DNA from: Candidatus Multivorans sp.
GTDB taxonomy: Bacteria; Acidobacteriota; Thermoanaerobaculia; Multivoradales; Multivoraceae
Length of the DNA: 64,000 nucleotides
Direction: 5' to 3'
Assembly: GCA_965224025.1 (NCBI GenBank)
Contig: OZ245033.1
Span: 4,544,001-4,608,000 of the forward strand
A program made the position numbers and the translations under genes. This document shows positions 59,857 through 64,000 of this stretch, one piece after another. The notes beneath the pieces are model-generated. The model searched no databases, was not told the origin of the DNA, and saw nothing but the letters and a program-made list of their open reading frames with translations. The stretch's first letter is position 1; every line of letters begins with the position of its first letter.

Positions 59857-60620
59857 TCGGCGACCCGCCGCTTCACGGTTTCGATCGGGTTGCGGTAGTC
59901 CACCGTGCCGAGACCGCGGTTGGTCAGCTTGTAACCGATCAACGCCTGCAGCTTCTCGGGCATTCCCACGACGACTTCCCATGGCACGCCGACGAACTGG
60001 TTCTCCCGCTGTTTGAGCCACGCCAGGTTGAAGTTGACGTTGATGGAGCGTCGATACCCGTTCTGCGTCGAGTTCCCGCCGCCCCGGTGCCAGACGGCGC
60101 CGTCCCAGAGGAACAGGGCCCCAACCGGCATCTCCACCGTCAGCGTGGGCACGTCGGGATCGACCGGATCGGCCGAGCGATGGCTGCCCGGAACGATCTC
60201 CGTGGCCCCGTTCTCGGCCGTGAACGGATCGAGCGCGAGCAGCGTGTTGACGAGCAGGGGAGCATGCGGGCGCGGAAGCGGATAGTGGCCGTCGTCCTGA
60301 TGCATCCGCTGGGGACGGTCGCCCGGCCCAGGCCGCATGGCCGCGACACCGGAGACCTGGTAGTCCGGGCCGAGTACCGCCTCGATGATCCCCAGCAGAC
60401 GGTCGCCCATGAGGATCTCGTCGACGGCCCGCGTCTTGGCCAGCAAGTTGTGCGTGTGGATGGTCTGCTGGCCATATTCCTCCGTCATGCGGCTGCCGAC
60501 CGCCTCGAAAACGGGGGCAAGGTCCCGGCACAGCCCCTCCAACCTCTTCTCGTCCAGGAAGTCGGGTACCACCGTATAGCCGTCTTCGCGGATGTGACCT
60601 GCTGCGCTCTCGATGTCCAT
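59841..60620 (-). CDS. Phytanoyl-CoA dioxygenase (PhyH)-family 2OG-Fe(II) oxygenase
   Basis: DGYTVV, MHQDD (HxD), ENGATEIVPGSH, WHRGGGN. Confidence 0.9.
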   Translation of the reverse strand: MDIESAAGHIREDGYTVVPDFLDEKRLEGLCRDLAPVFEAVGSRMTEEYGQQTIHTHNLLAKTRAVDEILMGDRLLGIIEAVLGPDYQVSGVAAMRPGPGDRPQRMHQDDGHYPLPRPHAPLLVNTLLALDPFTAENGATEIVPGSHRSADPVDPDVPTLTVEMPVGALFLWDGAVWHRGGGNSTQNGYRRSINVNFNLAWLKQRENQFVGVPWEVVVGMPEKLQALIGYKLTNRGLGTVDYRNPIETVKRRVAEAHSS

Positions 60621-60768
60621 GGATTCCTGTAAGCGGTGACCTGATCGGCGTTGCGCGGCAGCGTAACAAAGCCGCGAAGGGCTCCGCCCCGGGCCGGGTT
60701 GGTAGCCTTCGCCGACCCGCGGACGACAACTTGCGAGGCGTCAGCCTCCCTCCTTACGAAGAAACTCC

Positions 60769-61674
60769 ATGAGAAGAAGTACGACGTATCGCCGACCGAT
60801 GTTCCGGGCCGTCCTGGCGACGCTGATCGCGTTCGTCGCCTTCACCGGCGTCTACGCGCAAAGCGACGCCTCAACCCAGTCCTTCACGGCGAGCGACGGC
60901 GCCGTCATCCACTACCTCGTCGAAGGGCGCGGCGACCCCGTCGTGCTGCTCCACGGCATCACCGGCACGGCCGCCTCGACCTGGGGCGCCGCCGGCATCA
61001 TCGACCGGCTGGCCGAGGAGTTTCAGGTCATCGCCGTCGACCAGCGCGGCCACGGCAAGAGCGACAAGCCGCACGACCCGGCCAGCTACGGCGAGCGCAT
61101 GGCCCTGGACGTCGTCGACCTGCTCGATCACCTGAGGCTGCAGCAGGCGAACGTCGTCGGCTACTCGATGGGCGGCTTCATCACGATGAAGCTCATCGCG
61201 CTCGCGCCCGACCGGCTGCTCTCGGCAGTGGTCGGCGGCGCCGGTTGGCCGAGCGCCGAACTACGCGACGACGAGCTGTTCGAGGCCCTGGCCTCGTCGC
61301 TCGAGGCGGGCAAGGGCGGAGGTCCGCTGATCGAGTTCCTGTGGCCCGGGGAGGAACCGCCGACATCAGAACAGGTTCAGGCGATCGGCCAGGCGATGGT
61401 CGCCTCGAACGATCCTCTCGCCCTGGCCGCCGTCGTACGCGGAATGCCCGCCCTCGACGTAAGCGCCGAGTTCCTCCGCATCAACCAGGTACCGACCCTC
61501 AACATCATCGGCAGCGAAGATCCCCTGAGGCCCAACGCCGACGCCCTCGTCGACGTCATGCAGGAACACCGCCTCCACGTCATCGAAGGAGCGAACCACA
61601 TGAACACCCTGAACTCACCCGAGTTCTACGACACCATCCGCGCCTTCTTCATCGAACTCTGCAACTGCGCGTAG
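60769..61674 (+). CDS. Secreted alpha/beta hydrolase
   Basis: LLHG, DQRGHGKS, GYSMGG, GANH. Confidence 0.88.
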   Translation: MRRSTTYRRPMFRAVLATLIAFVAFTGVYAQSDASTQSFTASDGAVIHYLVEGRGDPVVLLHGITGTAASTWGAAGIIDRLAEEFQVIAVDQRGHGKSDKPHDPASYGERMALDVVDLLDHLRLQQANVVGYSMGGFITMKLIALAPDRLLSAVVGGAGWPSAELRDDELFEALASSLEAGKGGGPLIEFLWPGEEPPTSEQVQAIGQAMVASNDPLALAAVVRGMPALDVSAEFLRINQVPTLNIIGSEDPLRPNADALVDVMQEHRLHVIEGANHMNTLNSPEFYDTIRAFFIELCNCA

Positions 61675-61838
61675 GGGTTGCCTCGCTCCAAGCGCTTCGG
61701 CCGTACCCGCGCAAGCGGAGAGCAACACCGAAGGTGGTCCCCAGAGGCTGTGGGATTGATCGCGACCGCTGGTAGAGTTCCGGCAGAGTGAGCTGACGCC
61801 CTCGCCAGCCAGCCATCAGAACACGGAGGATCCCTCGA

Positions 61839-62192
61839 ATGGCTGCTACACGTCCTGCCGTTCCCGAGCAGGAAAACGTCCGTAACGTCATACGGAGCCT
61901 CCTCGCCCACGAACTTGCTCATGCCACCTTGGCGGCTCGTTTCGAGTTCGACCCGGTCGAGGTCAACGAGAAAGTCGACCACGATGGAGACGAGTACCTG
62001 CAGGTTCGCGTCTCCTTCTGTGGTGCGAAGGCCACTCCTGCCGACGTCCTGGAACTCCACGCTCTGACCGAGGTCGTGCGTGACCTCCTGAAAGAACGGG
62101 GCTACGACGACGTGTCGATGATCCCCTGGTTTGTGAGCAGGCAGGGTTGGGACCGCGATGCCCCTCTACCCAGCGCACGAAGCTCTTCTTGA
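61839..62192 (+). CDS. Small hypothetical protein, putative partner of the HEPN protein
   Basis: DHDGDEYLQVRV acidic motif; overlaps the HEPN gene. Confidence 0.55.
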   Translation: MAATRPAVPEQENVRNVIRSLLAHELAHATLAARFEFDPVEVNEKVDHDGDEYLQVRVSFCGAKATPADVLELHALTEVVRDLLKERGYDDVSMIPWFVSRQGWDRDAPLPSARSSS

Positions 62193-62634
62193 CACGGCGT
62201 CCAAGCTCGTCGATGAGTACGAGTCGGAGTCGGACCTGCGCAGGGCAGTCAGCACCGCCTACTTCGCCATGTTCCACTGCGTAGCGTTTTGCTGCGCCAA
62301 CGTTATTGCAGGCGATCCTGATCCTGACGCGGACCCTTCTCTCTGGAAGCACGTCTACCGCGCCGTCGAGCACCGTCAGATCAAGGACCAGTGCAATCGG
62401 CTCCGCAACGTCAAGTTGCTTCCGCGCCTGCATCTGTTCGCCGATGAGTTCGTGAGGCTGCAGGGCAGGCGCCACGCCGCCGACTACGATCCGTTCGCTG
62501 ATTTCGGCTACGACGACGCCTATGGCGATGTCTTCATGGCATCGGTCTCGATCGACAGCTTCTGGTTCGCAGCCGCCTCCGATCGGCGGTCCTTCGCCTC
62601 CTGGGTGATGTTCAGGCGCAGAAAGTCCAACTGA
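62158..62634 (+). CDS. HEPN-like domain protein
   Basis: LRRAVSTAYFAMFH and LQGRRHAADYDP motifs. Confidence 0.75.
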   Translation: MPLYPAHEALLDTASKLVDEYESESDLRRAVSTAYFAMFHCVAFCCANVIAGDPDPDADPSLWKHVYRAVEHRQIKDQCNRLRNVKLLPRLHLFADEFVRLQGRRHAADYDPFADFGYDDAYGDVFMASVSIDSFWFAAASDRRSFASWVMFRRRKSN

Positions 62635-62701
62635 GGCGAACGACCGCTGCGTCCCTCCCCTCAGGCCGCAGACCAGGCGGGGGGATCCCACAGACTCTCG
62701 G

Positions 62702-63838
62702 CTACGCCGACAACTGCGTCTCCACCAACGTGGTCCAGTAGCGCATGCCGACGGGGAGGATGTCGTCGTTGAAGTCGTAGCGGGGCGTATGGAGGCCCGC
62801 GGTGTCGCCGTTGCCGAGGAACATGAAGGCGCCGGGACGCTGCTGGAGCATGAAGGAGAAGTCTTCGGAGCCCATGACCGGGACCATGTCGGTAGTCACG
62901 TCGCGGCCGACTTCGCGGGCGGCGTTGGCGGCCTTGTCGGTCTGCTCGGCGTGGTTCACGGTGGCCGGGTAGTAAGGCCTGTACTCGAGTTCGAAGCCGG
63001 CGCCGTGGGCGCTGCAGATGCCGCGCCCGATCTGGCGCATGCGCCGTTCGATCAGTTTCTGCACTTCGGGCAGGAAGGTGCGCACGCAGCCGCCGTGGAC
63101 GACGCGGCTGGGGATCACGTTGTCCGCGTGGCCGCCGTGCACGCGGGTCACCGAGATCACCGCGTTCTTCAGCGGATCCACGTTGCGCGCCACGATCGTC
63201 TGCAGGGCGAGCACGATCTCGGCGGCGACCGGGATCGGATCCACCGTGCCGTGGGGGAAGGCGGCATGGCCGCCGGCGCTGGTCACCGAGAACTCGAAGA
63301 CGTCGATCGCCGCCATGAGCGGGCCGGCGCAGAGGCCGAAGTTGCCAACGGACATGCCCGGGTAGTTGTGGACGCCGTAGACCTCGTCGGCCGGGAACTG
63401 TTCGAACAGGCCTTCCTCGATCATCACGCGGGCGCCGCCGTCCTTCTCCTCCGCGGGCTGGAAGAAGAAGTAGACCGTGCCGTCGAAGGACCGGTTCCGC
63501 GAGAGGTGCTTCGCGGCGCCCAGCAGCATCGCCGTGTGGCCGTCGTGGCCGCAGGCGTGCATCTTGCCGGGGTTCCGCGAGCGATGCTCGAACTCGTTCT
63601 CCTCGTGAATCGGTAGCGCGTCCATGTCCGCCCGAAGCGCGATGCTCCGCTCCGAGGAACCGGACCTGAGCACGCCGACGACGCCGGTGCCGGCGAGGCC
63701 GCGGTGAACGTCGATTCCGTCGAACGACTCGAGCAGGGCGGCGACCTTGCTGCTGGTCATCTTCTCCTCGAACGCGAGTTCGGGGTGGCGGTGGAAGTCC
63801 CGGCGCCAGGACCTCATCTGTTCGTGCAGCGGATCCAT
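62702..63838 (-). CDS. M20D amidohydrolase (hippurate hydrolase-like)
   Basis: HRHPEL, LRADMDAL, MHACGHDGH, FQPAEE, GSEDF, LHTPRYDFND. Confidence 0.92.
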   Translation of the reverse strand: MDPLHEQMRSWRRDFHRHPELAFEEKMTSSKVAALLESFDGIDVHRGLAGTGVVGVLRSGSSERSIALRADMDALPIHEENEFEHRSRNPGKMHACGHDGHTAMLLGAAKHLSRNRSFDGTVYFFFQPAEEKDGGARVMIEEGLFEQFPADEVYGVHNYPGMSVGNFGLCAGPLMAAIDVFEFSVTSAGGHAAFPHGTVDPIPVAAEIVLALQTIVARNVDPLKNAVISVTRVHGGHADNVIPSRVVHGGCVRTFLPEVQKLIERRMRQIGRGICSAHGAGFELEYRPYYPATVNHAEQTDKAANAAREVGRDVTTDMVPVMGSEDFSFMLQQRPGAFMFLGNGDTAGLHTPRYDFNDDILPVGMRYWTTLVETQLSA

Positions 63839-63935
63839 GGGCTTGGATGGTACCCCGAACAGGCCCCGAAAGGGGACCCGTGAGCACGCGCCACTGATAG
63901 CTTTGGCTCCTGACCGGAGGGGAGAAGGGACATGC

Positions 63936-64000
63936 ATGACGACGAGCGAACGAACAACTGAGAACGTGAACCCGGCCTCGTTTGAGGACAGGATCTGGGC
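63936..64000 (+). CDS. Start of a gene running off the window (MTTSERTTENVNPASFEDRIW)
   Basis: GGAGGGGAGAAGG RBS-like run upstream; N-terminus loosely resembles that of 13031-13585. Confidence 0.4.
   Translation, partial: MTTSERTTENVNPASFEDRIW

Noticed and set aside
61698-61727. Sequence loosely like a type I-E CRISPR repeat (CGGCCGTACCCGCGCAAGCGGAGAGCAAC)
   Set aside because: Single degenerate copy with no second repeat at spacer distance

Overview
This is a GC-rich bacterial chromosome segment. The GWxTD-VWA protein, two PQQ dehydrogenases, three F420-type LLM oxidoreductases, PhyH, secreted ankyrin proteins and many toxin-antitoxin (TA) modules suggest an Acidobacteriota-like, probably host/sponge-associated organism (inference only). 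Ordinary metabolic and envelope genes alternate with accessory or decaying zones. (i) 6.4-12.8 kb: a tandem array of ankyrin genes alternating with DUF2442 relics, one relic interrupted by an internally deleted IS3-like element. (ii) 13-21.3 kb: a defence-type island with a PD-(D/E)XK protein, an MTase plus HTH-restriction-nuclease fusion, IS256, an NDT/TIR-like protein and AbiE. (iii) 37.3-40.5 kb: Phd-VapC plus a collapsed type I-G CRISPR-cas locus with no array, carrying a 38-bp scar identical to the IS end at 9946-9983. (iv) 50.7-57.7 kb: an uncharacterised ferric-reductase/Rieske cluster followed by a GNAT + acyltransferase + hydrolase-DedA-ATP-grasp cluster, a candidate new aminolipid pathway. 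A 68-bp double-hairpin element occurs four times; two copies are translated, and one is a frame-preserving 69-bp insert inside a gene. No rRNA, tRNA or CRISPR array was seen. All protein calls come from motif recognition by eye; no database search was run.
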